A stretch of DNA of 64,000 nt from an uncultured Pelagibacteraceae bacterium (GTDB lineage: Bacteria > Pseudomonadota > Alphaproteobacteria > Pelagibacterales > Pelagibacteraceae), in the NCBI GenBank assembly GCA_902605865.1, contig CACLEJ010000001.1, positions 44,903 through 108,902 on the forward strand, in the 5' to 3' direction. Position numbers and translations under genes: made by a program. Position 1 is the first letter of the stretch; every line of letters starts with the position of its first letter. The notes under the pieces were generated by a model. It saw only the letters and a program-made list of their open reading frames with translations. It was not told where the DNA came from and ran no database searches. Below, piece after piece: positions 10,111 to 19,371 of this stretch.

Positions 10111-11034
10111 TTTACCAAAACAATATAATAAAATACTCTTTTGAACATAAACTCTGTTTAGAGCTTGTTGCCATACTTTAGATTGTTTCCCAAGAAACAC
10201 TTCTTCTGTAACTTCATTTCCTCTTGGTAGACAATGTAAAAATATTGCATCTTTCTTTGCTAAATTGATAGTTTTTGTATCAACTTTAAAATTTTTAAAT
10301 GAATTAAGTTTCTTTTTCTTATTAACTTTATCATTTAAAGAAATGATTTTGTCTGTCATTACAACATCAGAATTTTTAATAGCTATTTCTTTTTTATTAA
10401 AAATTTTTATTTTTCCTTTTTGCTTTTTTATCAAAGAAATAAGCTTTTTATTTGGCTGATAGCTTTTAGGACATGCAATATTTAAAGAAATAGAAAATTT
10501 TATACTAGCTTCTATTAAACTATTCATCATGTTGTTGTTAGCATCTCCTATCCAACATAGTTTTAATTTTGAAATACTTTTCTTTTTAATTTCTTGAATA
10601 GTGAAAATATCTGACAAAACCTGAGTGGGATGTGAGGATGGACTTAATCCATTAATTACTGGTATACTTGAGTATTTTCTGAATTGATCTAATTTTTTAT
10701 CCGAATCTGTTCTCAACATAAAAGCATTACCATAAGTTGATAAAATTTTAGATGTATCTGCTATACTTTCACTACCAATACCTAGATGTAACTCCTCTGG
10801 TCTTAACGTTAAAGATCCTCCACCTAATTGTTTAATCGCCAAATAAAAACTTAATCTAGTTCTAAGACTAGATTTTTCAAACATCTGTAAAAGAATTTTA
10901 CCCTTTAAAGGTGAGTCTTTATCTGGATCAAGGGTATTTAATTTTTTTCTTTTTGATTTTCTAATTTTCGCATCAGAAATAATTTTTTTTAAATCTTTTA
11001 AAGGAATATCTCTAATATGAAGAAAGTTTTTCAT
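10102..11034 (-). CDS. argF: Ornithine carbamoyltransferase family protein (atypical substrate loops)
   Basis: 310 aa with HPTQ and HCLP motifs, directly downstream of argD. The STRTR motif reads SLRTR and the DxxxSMG loop reads DKIISLN. Confidence 0.8.
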   Translation of the reverse strand: MKNFLHIRDIPLKDLKKIISDAKIRKSKRKKLNTLDPDKDSPLKGKILLQMFEKSSLRTRLSFYLAIKQLGGGSLTLRPEELHLGIGSESIADTSKILSTYGNAFMLRTDSDKKLDQFRKYSSIPVINGLSPSSHPTQVLSDIFTIQEIKKKSISKLKLCWIGDANNNMMNSLIEASIKFSISLNIACPKSYQPNKKLISLIKKQKGKIKIFNKKEIAIKNSDVVMTDKIISLNDKVNKKKKLNSFKNFKVDTKTINLAKKDAIFLHCLPRGNEVTEEVFLGKQSKVWQQALNRVYVQKSILLYCFGKLR

Positions 11035-12203
11035 TATTTTTTATATCCTTCACAAACTTTACTAATAATTTTTAAAGCTATATTTATTTCATTTTTGTTA
11101 ACATTTAATGGAGGCAAAATTCTTATAACATTTTCAGCTGCTCTAATTGTTAGTAGTTTATTTTTCAGTAAACTTTGTATGAATTTTGTCTGGTCATGAT
11201 GTAATTGGATTCCCAGAATTAATCCTATTCCTCTTATATCTTTTATAATATTTGGAAATTTGATTTTAATTTTATTTAATTCAGAAATAAAATATTTTGA
11301 ATTACTTTTAACTTTTGAAAGAAAGCCTTTTCTGAAAATTTCATCCATGACAGCATTACCAACTGACATTGCTAAAGGGTTTCCGCCAAAAGTAGACCCG
11401 TGTGTACCTGGAACCATAGCCTTAGAAACTTTTTTTGTCATTAACACCGCGCCTATTGGGAATCCACCTCCAATTCCTTTTGCAATTGGAACTATATCTG
11501 GCTTGATGTTTGCATATTCATAAGAAAAAAACTTACCTGATCTGCCAATTCCACACTGAACTTCGTCTAAAATAAGAAGAATTTTTTTTTTATTACAAAT
11601 CTTTCTTAATTCTCTAAGACACCATGAAGGTATGACTTTAATACCTCCTTCGCCCATTATTGGTTCAATCATTATAGCCGCTGTTTTGCTTGTAATTTTT
11701 CTTTTTAGTTCCTTATGGTTCCCAAATTTAAAATGATCAAATCCGCCCACTTTTGGTCCAAAACCTTCAACCATTTTTTTAGATCCACTGGCATTTATTG
11801 CCGCGATAGTTCTTCCATGGAAAGAATTTTTTATACATAAAATTCTATTTTTTTTTTTTTGACCCATTGAGTAAAAGTATCTTCTAGCAACTTTGATAGC
11901 AGCCTCAGTAGCTTCTGCTCCACTATTTTGAAAAATAACTGCATCAGCGAACGTTCTCTTTGTTAATTTTTTAGCTAATTCTTCTCCCTCTGGAATTATG
12001 AAGGAGTTAGAAACATGCCAAAGTTTTTTTGATTGCTTGTTTATTGCTTTCACTAAATTTGGATTCGTATGACCTAAAGAATTAACAGCAATTCCTTGAA
12101 CAAAATCTAAGAATTTTATACCTTTTTTTGTATACAAATAAGATCCTTTACCTTTGTTGAAAGATAGGTTTCTTCTTTTATAGTTTTTTGCTAAGGAACT
12201 CAT
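11034..12203 (-). CDS. argD: Acetylornithine aminotransferase (class III PLP aminotransferase)
   Basis: 389 aa with DEVQCGIGRSGK and HGSTFGGNPLA. Forms an argD-argF pair. Confidence 0.9.
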   Translation of the reverse strand: MSSLAKNYKRRNLSFNKGKGSYLYTKKGIKFLDFVQGIAVNSLGHTNPNLVKAINKQSKKLWHVSNSFIIPEGEELAKKLTKRTFADAVIFQNSGAEATEAAIKVARRYFYSMGQKKKNRILCIKNSFHGRTIAAINASGSKKMVEGFGPKVGGFDHFKFGNHKELKRKITSKTAAIMIEPIMGEGGIKVIPSWCLRELRKICNKKKILLILDEVQCGIGRSGKFFSYEYANIKPDIVPIAKGIGGGFPIGAVLMTKKVSKAMVPGTHGSTFGGNPLAMSVGNAVMDEIFRKGFLSKVKSNSKYFISELNKIKIKFPNIIKDIRGIGLILGIQLHHDQTKFIQSLLKNKLLTIRAAENVIRILPPLNVNKNEINIALKIISKVCEGYKK

Positions 12204-12210
12204 ATTTAAA

Positions 12211-13023
12211 TTATGATTTAATTTTATAACCTTTGTGCACTAGAAAGTACGCGAAATAAGTAATAATCAAACTTAAAAAAGTTAATAAAGCAATACCAAA
12301 TGTTACCGACCCATCTAATTGACCAATAAATGAAAATCTAAAACCATCTATCATATGAAAAAAAGGATTATAATTACTTATTACTCTTAAAAATTCAGGT
12401 AATCTATCAATACTATAAAATGTACCACTAAGAAAACTTAGAGGCACAATTATAAAATTAGTAACAGTGCTCATTTGATCAAATTTATCTGCATACAGTC
12501 CAACAATTATTCCTAAAGATCCCATAAATAATCCACCTAAAAATAAATAAATAAACCATAACAAAAAATTTTGTATGGATAAATCTATAAACAAAACAAA
12601 TATTACAGTCGAAGCAGAAGCAATTAACAAACCTCTTGCGGCAGAAGCTAATGTAATTGCAAATACAACTTCTGATGAAGACAAAGGGCTGTGAACAACA
12701 TCAGTAATTGTACCCATCATCTTTCCCATCATTAATGACGAGCTAGAATGTGCAAAACTTTGTTGAATTACTTGCATCATGATTAGACCACTTGCCAAAA
12801 ATTTTATATAAGGGACGCCTAAAACATCAGCTCTTTGATCGCCTATAGCTAAAGAAATAACTGTCAAAAACAAAATACTAGTTAATATTGGTCCAAAGAG
12901 AGTCTGACCCGAAACTGTTAAAAATCTTAAAACTTCTTTTTTAAATAAAGAATAAGTCCCTACCAAGTTAACAACTCCAAATCTCCTTGATCCAATTTGA
13001 TATTTTTTCTGTAATTCAACCAT
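12211..13023 (-). CDS. ABC-2 type transporter permease
   Basis: 270 aa with about 6 predicted TM helices, of the NodJ/YadH type. No ATPase gene is adjacent. Confidence 0.75.
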   Translation of the reverse strand: MVELQKKYQIGSRRFGVVNLVGTYSLFKKEVLRFLTVSGQTLFGPILTSILFLTVISLAIGDQRADVLGVPYIKFLASGLIMMQVIQQSFAHSSSSLMMGKMMGTITDVVHSPLSSSEVVFAITLASAARGLLIASASTVIFVLFIDLSIQNFLLWFIYLFLGGLFMGSLGIIVGLYADKFDQMSTVTNFIIVPLSFLSGTFYSIDRLPEFLRVISNYNPFFHMIDGFRFSFIGQLDGSVTFGIALLTFLSLIITYFAYFLVHKGYKIKS

Positions 13024-13150
13024 AAGTATTTATTAATAAACTTTTTTTTCAATAATTGTTAAAAAACAAAAAAAAAAGCTTGTTATAATGTATTAATTGT
13101 GATCTCAAGATAGTGTTGTAAATATATGAAATTATACTAAATATAGTACC

Positions 13151-13648
13151 ATGAGCTGGACAGATGAGAAAGTTAATAAATTAAAGGATCTTTGGGGAAA
13201 AGGTCAAACAGCTAGTCAAATTGCACAAATAATTGGTGGAGTAAGTAGAAACGCAGTAATTGGAAAAGCTCACAGATTGAATTTATCAGCAAAAATTAAA
13301 ACTCGAACGACAATTTCACAGAATAATAATACAACATTAAATGATAAAAATAATAGTTTAAAAAAAACTAGTAGGAAACATAGATTTAGGTCTCTACTTT
13401 TAGATAAAAACTTTGAACCAGCTAAAAACCTTCATTTAGAAGATCTAACTGATCAAACTTGCAAGTACATGGAGGGTCATCCTGACGAAAAGGATTCCTC
13501 ATTTTGTGGTAGAAAAACTATTGAAAAATTTTCTTATTGCCCATTACACATTATGGTAGTTTTTCAGCCTAAAGGTAAAAAGGAAGAGGTTTCAGATAAA
13601 GAAGATGATATGCCACAATTTATTGAAAAAAAAATAAAATCCGCTTAA
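13151..13648 (+). CDS. gcrA: Cell-cycle regulator GcrA
   Basis: N-terminus MSWTDEKVNKLKDLWGKGQTASQIAQIIGGVSRNAVIGKAHRLNL is the conserved GcrA DNA-binding domain. Confidence 0.9.
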   Translation: MSWTDEKVNKLKDLWGKGQTASQIAQIIGGVSRNAVIGKAHRLNLSAKIKTRTTISQNNNTTLNDKNNSLKKTSRKHRFRSLLLDKNFEPAKNLHLEDLTDQTCKYMEGHPDEKDSSFCGRKTIEKFSYCPLHIMVVFQPKGKKEEVSDKEDDMPQFIEKKIKSA

Positions 13649-13903
13649 CTACTTCAATATTTTTTCTTTAGCTTTTTTAAATTCATCATCACTGAGAATT
13701 CCTTTATTATACAAATTATTTAGCTCTTTTAGTTGATTTACAACTTCTAAATTTTGATCTTCATATTCTTTGTTTATATCTAAATTTTTTTCCTCTTTAA
13801 TTGTTTGTTTAGCTTCAACTCCTCTGGTAATAGCTTTTACTGCAATCGATAAAACAAATACCAAAATTATAAATACGATCAAATAAATAATATTTGCTAA
13901 CAT
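13649..13903 (-). CDS. Small membrane protein with C-terminal SHOCT-like motif
   Basis: One TM helix, a coiled segment, then KGILSDDEFKKAKEKIL. I prefer the ATG at 13903, which forms a TGATG stop/start overlap with the upstream gene, over the 13954 start in the track. Confidence 0.55.
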   Translation of the reverse strand: MLANIIYLIVFIILVFVLSIAVKAITRGVEAKQTIKEEKNLDINKEYEDQNLEVVNQLKELNNLYNKGILSDDEFKKAKEKILK

Positions 13904-14868
13904 CAGTCTCTTTTTTCCACTCTTTTTTTTGAGAATTGGCCTCCAGTGGTCCAATTAAAGCTATAATGATTTATTTCATTATCAAATTTTTTATTTGCTT
14001 CCATTTTTAAATCAAAATTAGTTTCGTATTTACCTGAGACTATATTGTCGTATTTGAGGAGATTAAGTTGGTCCATTGTTAATAGAGGTTTTGGCAAAAG
14101 TTGAAATAATTTAGCGCTAATTTTTGCTAAAGTAAATGGAAAAGGTATCAACAACCTTTTTTTATCAATAGATTTTAAAATTTTCTTAAGAATTTCTTTA
14201 AATGTGAAAACTTCAGGACCAATACACTCAATGGTTTTTCCAGTAATTTTTTTTTGTACGATATCAAAAATTATATTGGTTAAATCAGATACGTGAATAG
14301 GAGTAAATTTAGTTTTTCCTGAATGATACAATGGCATAAATGGGAGTAAACTTAAAAGACTCATAAAATTTGTCGTAAAATTATCATCAACTGAATATAC
14401 AATAGAGGGTTTTAAAATAACTGCTTTAGAAAAGTTTTGTCTTACTTTCGTTTCACCATCTAATTTACTCAAAGCATAATTACTATCAGTGGCTTTTTCT
14501 ATACCCAAGGCAGATATGTGAATAAATTGTTCAAGTGATTTTTTAAATGCTGTTTTTGATAGCAAGGAAGGTAGGCTTGAATGAATTAAATTAAAATGAT
14601 TTTTCTTTTTTTCATATAGTATTCCAATTAAATTTATACATACAGAGGATTTGTCCATTAATTTTGATATATTTTCTTCTGTAAAATAATTAACCTCCTC
14701 AAGCTCTAGATATCCATAATTAGATTGTGTTTTAATTTGATAGCCTTTTCTATGAATGCTTCTAGTCACGGCAACTACTTTGTAGTTATTTTTTGTGAAT
14801 TTTCTTATTAGTGACCTTCCAATTTGTCCAGAAGAACCAAATATTAAAATTGAATCTCGATTTTTCAT
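13903..14868 (-). CDS. NAD-dependent epimerase/dehydratase (complex I NDUFA9-like SDR)
   Basis: 321 aa with Rossmann motif IFGSSGQIGRSL. Size and architecture match the alphaproteobacterial NDUFA9-like family. Confidence 0.7.
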   Translation of the reverse strand: MKNRDSILIFGSSGQIGRSLIRKFTKNNYKVVAVTRSIHRKGYQIKTQSNYGYLELEEVNYFTEENISKLMDKSSVCINLIGILYEKKKNHFNLIHSSLPSLLSKTAFKKSLEQFIHISALGIEKATDSNYALSKLDGETKVRQNFSKAVILKPSIVYSVDDNFTTNFMSLLSLLPFMPLYHSGKTKFTPIHVSDLTNIIFDIVQKKITGKTIECIGPEVFTFKEILKKILKSIDKKRLLIPFPFTLAKISAKLFQLLPKPLLTMDQLNLLKYDNIVSGKYETNFDLKMEANKKFDNEINHYSFNWTTGGQFSKKRVEKRD

Positions 14869-14885
14869 ATATATATATCTATTTA

Positions 14886-15497
14886 ATGAATTTAGATATT
14901 AAATTACATAAAAAAGATTTACCAGATGAAATAGAGTTCAGTGACAAGATTGCAATCGATTGTGAATTTACTGGACTTAATATTGAAAGAGATAGGCTGT
15001 GTTTATTGCAAATATCTTCAGGTAAAAATGATGCGCACATTATACAACTTGATAAAGACAATTATAATGCTCCAAATTTAAAAAGAATTTTAAAAGATAA
15101 TAATATTAATAAAATATTTCATTTTGCTAGGGCAGATCTTTTATTTATCAAAAAGTATCTAGATGTGAATGTTGAAAATGTTAACTGTACAAAAATAATG
15201 AGCAAAATTGGAAGAAGTTATTCGGATAGACATGGTTTAAAAGACTTAATCAAAGAATTTATAGGATTAGACGTAAGTAAACATTTGCAAACATCAGATT
15301 TTGGGGGGGAATTATCAGATAAACAATTAAAATATTGCGCACAGGATGTTGTATTTTTACACAAAATTTATGAATCTTTAAAAAAAATATTAGTAAGAGA
15401 AAAAAGGATAATCCTGTATGAAAAAACAAAAAAGTTTATAAATACAAGAGTTGATCTAGATTTTGCATCTTTTAAAGAAGATATCTGGTCACACTAA
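14886..15497 (+). CDS. Short RNase D-like 3'-5' exonuclease (DEDDy)
   Basis: IAIDCEFTGL, HFARADL and YCAQDVVFL motifs. Family N-termini match a start at MNLDIKLHKKDLPDE (14886) rather than 14811. Confidence 0.8.
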   Translation: MNLDIKLHKKDLPDEIEFSDKIAIDCEFTGLNIERDRLCLLQISSGKNDAHIIQLDKDNYNAPNLKRILKDNNINKIFHFARADLLFIKKYLDVNVENVNCTKIMSKIGRSYSDRHGLKDLIKEFIGLDVSKHLQTSDFGGELSDKQLKYCAQDVVFLHKIYESLKKILVREKRIILYEKTKKFINTRVDLDFASFKEDIWSH

Positions 15498-15498
15498 A

Positions 15499-16479
15499 AT
15501 GAAAAATAACAAATTATTAGATGTTGCAAGGGAAGTGGTTAAACTTGAAGTTGTATCCCTTAAAAAGCTTCAATCTAGTATTAGCAGATCTTTTGAGAAA
15601 ATAATTAAATTAATTGTTAATTGTAAAAACGGTAAAATTATTATTTCAGGTGTTGGTAAAAGTGGAATAATTGGAAAAAAATGGGCAGCAACTTTATCCT
15701 CGACTGGAACACCTTCTTTTTTTTTAGATGCATCAAATGCAAGTCATGGCGACATGGGTCAAATAACATCTAACGATATTGTAATATTAATAAGTTTGAG
15801 TGGGGAAAGTGATGAGTTAAAAAATATAATCCAATATACATCACGCAATAGAAATATTAAATTAATAGCCATAACTGCCAGAAAAGACTCCACATTATAT
15901 AAAAATGCAGATTTAAAATTCTTATTGCCAACTGTTAAAGAAGCTGGGCCTGGAAGTTTTGTCCCAACCTCCTCGACCACAGTTCAAGTTGCATTGGGTG
16001 ATGCAATAGCAATAACATGTATGAAATACAAAAAATTTGGAAAAATTGATTTCAAAAAATTTCATCCGAGTGGATCACTCTCAATTAAGTTAAAAACAAT
16101 TGAAGATTTGATGCTGGCTGGAACTAAAATACCTTTTGTTAATGAAAACAACAGTATGAGAAATGCTTTAAATATTATTACTAAAAAGGGGCTTGGAGTG
16201 TTAGTGGTTCGTAATAACAACAAAAAGACTACAGGAATATTAACAGATGGCGACCTAAAAAGACTGTCAAATTCAACTAATAATTATAAAAACCTTAAAA
16301 TTAAAAAAGTTATGAAAAAAAAACCTATCAGTGTAGATAAGGATGTGCTTGCTGCAGAAGCTCTTTCAATTATGAATACCAAAAAAATTACAAGTTTATG
16401 TGTTCATGATAAAAATGAAAAAAATAAAACAATCGGCTTTATTCACATCCATAATATTTTAGATGCTAATATTACCTAA
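15499..16479 (+). CDS. kdsD: Arabinose-5-phosphate isomerase (KpsF/GutQ/KdsD family)
   Basis: SIS domain (GVGKSGIIGKKWAATLSSTGTPSFFL) plus tandem CBS domains. Start taken at MKNNKLLD. Confidence 0.88.
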   Translation: MKNNKLLDVAREVVKLEVVSLKKLQSSISRSFEKIIKLIVNCKNGKIIISGVGKSGIIGKKWAATLSSTGTPSFFLDASNASHGDMGQITSNDIVILISLSGESDELKNIIQYTSRNRNIKLIAITARKDSTLYKNADLKFLLPTVKEAGPGSFVPTSSTTVQVALGDAIAITCMKYKKFGKIDFKKFHPSGSLSIKLKTIEDLMLAGTKIPFVNENNSMRNALNIITKKGLGVLVVRNNNKKTTGILTDGDLKRLSNSTNNYKNLKIKKVMKKKPISVDKDVLAAEALSIMNTKKITSLCVHDKNEKNKTIGFIHIHNILDANIT

Positions 16480-17262
16480 ATGTCGATTAAGTCTTTTATA
16501 CAAGTTTTTATTCTACTATTAATAATACTAATTATTAGCAGCGTCTATTTAAAATATTTTGATACAAAAAAAAATGTTGCTGAAGAAATTGAAAAAACAA
16601 AGTTGGATAATGTTAGTGAAATTAGTGAACTTGAAAAAAAAATATTTGATTTAGAATTAGAAAATAAAAACCTTAATGAAAAAATTGAAAATAATAATAA
16701 ATTAATAAACACAGATGTACAAATAGTTGAAAAGAATGTAGCAGAAAATAGTGAATTAAATTCAACAAAAGACGATAGCACCAAGTCAAAAGAAAATGTT
16801 AATAAAGAAACTATTTTTGTAAAAAAAGAAATAAAAAATCTTGTTAAAGATGTAAAATACACATCTGTAGATCAAAAAGGAAATAAATTTAATCTTTTAG
16901 CTTCTTCGGCCAAGACTGGGGATAATAAAGATATTCTTGAACTTATAAACGTGAGAGGAAAGATTAATTCTGAGAAAAGAGATACTATATTTATTGTTTC
17001 AGACTTTGCACTTTATAATACATCAAATTTAAACTCAAAATTTTATCAAAATGTAATAATAAATTATCAGGATAAAGAAATTAGTTGTAAAAATTTTGAC
17101 ATAAATATGGAAACTAACAAAGCTATAGCTTATAACAATGTTATAATTACTGATCCTAAATCAATTATGAATGCTGGTATAGTAGAATTTGACCTAAAGA
17201 CAAAAGATGTAAATATAAATCCTAGTAGCACAACAACAGAAGTTGAAGTTATTAAAAAGTAA
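16480..17262 (+). CDS. LptC/OstA-like LPS export protein with inserted Lys/Glu/Asn-rich segment
   Basis: N-terminal TM anchor, about 90 aa of coiled or low-complexity sequence, then a beta-rich C-terminal half. Sits between kdsD and lptB, where lptC/lptA normally lie. Confidence 0.55.
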   Translation: MSIKSFIQVFILLLIILIISSVYLKYFDTKKNVAEEIEKTKLDNVSEISELEKKIFDLELENKNLNEKIENNNKLINTDVQIVEKNVAENSELNSTKDDSTKSKENVNKETIFVKKEIKNLVKDVKYTSVDQKGNKFNLLASSAKTGDNKDILELINVRGKINSEKRDTIFIVSDFALYNTSNLNSKFYQNVIINYQDKEISCKNFDINMETNKAIAYNNVIITDPKSIMNAGIVEFDLKTKDVNINPSSTTTEVEVIKK

Positions 17263-18038
17263 TGGCAATACTAAAAAAATTTAGAATAAAAAAATATAAA
17301 GATCATAAAGCTATATTAAGATTAGAAAAAGTATCAATGTTTTATAATAAAAGACAAATTTTAAATAATTTAAATTTAATAATAAATAAACAGGAAATTC
17401 TTGGAATGTTGGGACCAAACGGTGTGGGTAAATCAACTATTTTTAATATTATTACTGGTTTAAAAGATCCAAGTTATGGAAAAGTAATAATAGATGGGAT
17501 TGATTGCACTGATATTCCTATTTATGAACGAGCAACTAGATTTAAACTTGGATACGTCCCTCAACATGGAGGTTTTATTCAAGACTTAAGTTTAATACAA
17601 AATTTATATCTTGTTGCTGAAATTCATATAAAAGATAAACAATTAAGAAAAGCAAAAATCGAAAAAATTGTTTCTCAATTTGAATTTGATCCAATGCTTA
17701 CAATTAAAGCAAAACATTTATCTGGTGGACAGAAAAAAAAATTAGTAATTGCAATGGCACTAATTAATAATCCAAATATTTTACTTTTAGATGAACCTTT
17801 TGCTGCATTAGATATTCTAACAATTAAAATGCTACAAGAAATAATAATTAACTTACAGTCAATGGAAAAAATAACAGTTATAGTTTGTGATCATCAAGCG
17901 AGAGATCTCTTAAGTTGTGTAGATAGAGCAATAGTTTTGTCAAATGGAAAAATTATTGCATCAGGAAGTCCCAATGAAATAATAAAAGACTCTAGCGCAA
18001 GGTCAGCGTACTTTGGTGATGAATTTAAAATAAATTAA
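17262..18038 (+). CDS. lptB: LPS export ABC transporter ATPase LptB
   Basis: GPNGVGKST, LSGGQKKK and LLLDEPFAALD motifs, located downstream of kdsD and the lptC-like gene. Confidence 0.88.
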   Translation: MAILKKFRIKKYKDHKAILRLEKVSMFYNKRQILNNLNLIINKQEILGMLGPNGVGKSTIFNIITGLKDPSYGKVIIDGIDCTDIPIYERATRFKLGYVPQHGGFIQDLSLIQNLYLVAEIHIKDKQLRKAKIEKIVSQFEFDPMLTIKAKHLSGGQKKKLVIAMALINNPNILLLDEPFAALDILTIKMLQEIIINLQSMEKITVIVCDHQARDLLSCVDRAIVLSNGKIIASGSPNEIIKDSSARSAYFGDEFKIN

Positions 18039-18045
18039 TTCATTT

Positions 18046-19371
18046 GTGCCTAATCATATTTATATAAAAGACAAAATCAAAAATTTTAACAAGAAAATTA
18101 CAGTAACCGCAGACAAAAGTATTTCTATAAGATCAGTTCTTTTTGCATCTCAGGCAGTTGGTATTTCCAAAATTTCAAATCTGCTGGAGTCAGAAGACGT
18201 TTTAAACACTCTAAAAACAATTAAAAAGCTAGGTATAAATTATACAAAACAAAAAAATACCTATTATATCGAAGGTTTTGGATTGAATAGTTTCAATATT
18301 AAAAGAAATATAACTTTAAATGCTGGCAACTCAGGTACATTAGCAAGATTAATACTTGGGTTACTCACAAAATCGAAATTAAAAGTAAGATTAATTGGGG
18401 ATAAAAGTTTATCTACAAGAGATTTTTCTAGAGTAATAAAGCCTCTTAGACTTTTTGGTGCAAATATAAAAAGTAACAATAACAAACTGCCAATAGAAAT
18501 ATTAGGAACTGACTTTCTAAGACCTATTAAATATTTTGAAAATATAGGTAGCGCACAAGTTAAGTCTTGCATTTTATTAAGTGCTTTAAATACACCAGGT
18601 ACCACAGTTATAAATGCAAAAAGCTCAAGAAATCATACTGAACTAATGTTAAAATTTTTGGAAAATCCAATTAAAATTCAAAAAAAAAAAAATTTTGAAA
18701 AAATATCAATTAATGGGTTAAATCAATTCAAAGCTTTTAAATATAATGTTCCGGGTGATATAAGTTCAGCAGCATTTTTTATAGTTTTGACACTTCTATC
18801 AAAAAAATCTCAAATAATTATTGAAAAAGTTAATATAAATCCGAGTAGAATTGGTATAATAAAAATTTTGAACAAAATGGGGGCAAATATAAAATTAAAG
18901 AAAAAAAAACTATATAATGGAGAAAGAATAGCTGATATCCATGTTAAAAGTAAAAATAATTTAAAATCAATAAACTGTCCCTCAAACTTAAATAGTTCTG
19001 CAATAGATGAATTTTTAATTATATTTTTAGTAGCTGCAAAAGCTAAAGGTATTTCAAAATTTAAAGATTTGGGTGAAATGAATCAAAAAGAGTCAAAAAG
19101 ATTAGATTTAGCTACTAATTTTCTTAAAATAATTGGGATAAAAGTAAAAAGAATTAAAAATGATATAAATATTTATGGCAATCCCAATTTAACACTTTCA
19201 GAAAATTTTGAAATGAAAAACTTTTTGAAAGATCATAGGATTTTTTTTCTTTCATGTATCACAGCATTAACCTTGGGTGGAAAATGGAAAATTAACGATA
19301 AAGATTCTATTAACACGTCATCTCCAAATTTTTTGCAAACCTTAAAGATATTAGGAGCTAAAATTAATTGA
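18046..19371 (+). CDS. aroA: 3-phosphoshikimate 1-carboxyvinyltransferase (EPSP synthase)
   Basis: 441 aa with a GTG start and LNAGNSGTLARL motif. Conserved aroA-cmk-rpsA string. Confidence 0.9.
   Translation: MPNHIYIKDKIKNFNKKITVTADKSISIRSVLFASQAVGISKISNLLESEDVLNTLKTIKKLGINYTKQKNTYYIEGFGLNSFNIKRNITLNAGNSGTLARLILGLLTKSKLKVRLIGDKSLSTRDFSRVIKPLRLFGANIKSNNNKLPIEILGTDFLRPIKYFENIGSAQVKSCILLSALNTPGTTVINAKSSRNHTELMLKFLENPIKIQKKKNFEKISINGLNQFKAFKYNVPGDISSAAFFIVLTLLSKKSQIIIEKVNINPSRIGIIKILNKMGANIKLKKKKLYNGERIADIHVKSKNNLKSINCPSNLNSSAIDEFLIIFLVAAKAKGISKFKDLGEMNQKESKRLDLATNFLKIIGIKVKRIKNDINIYGNPNLTLSENFEMKNFLKDHRIFFLSCITALTLGGKWKINDKDSINTSSPNFLQTLKILGAKIN

Noticed and set aside
12211-13023. ABC-2 permease lacking an adjacent ATPase, considered as a remnant or novel transporter
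   Set aside because: The ORF is intact. Partner ATPases can be encoded elsewhere, and this cannot be evaluated from one window.
13024-13150. CtrA boxes (TTAA-N7-TTAA), DnaA boxes or GANTC methylation sites in the gcrA upstream spacer
   Set aside because: I scanned by eye and found no exact match. Only a generic TGTTATAAT extended -10-like element is present.
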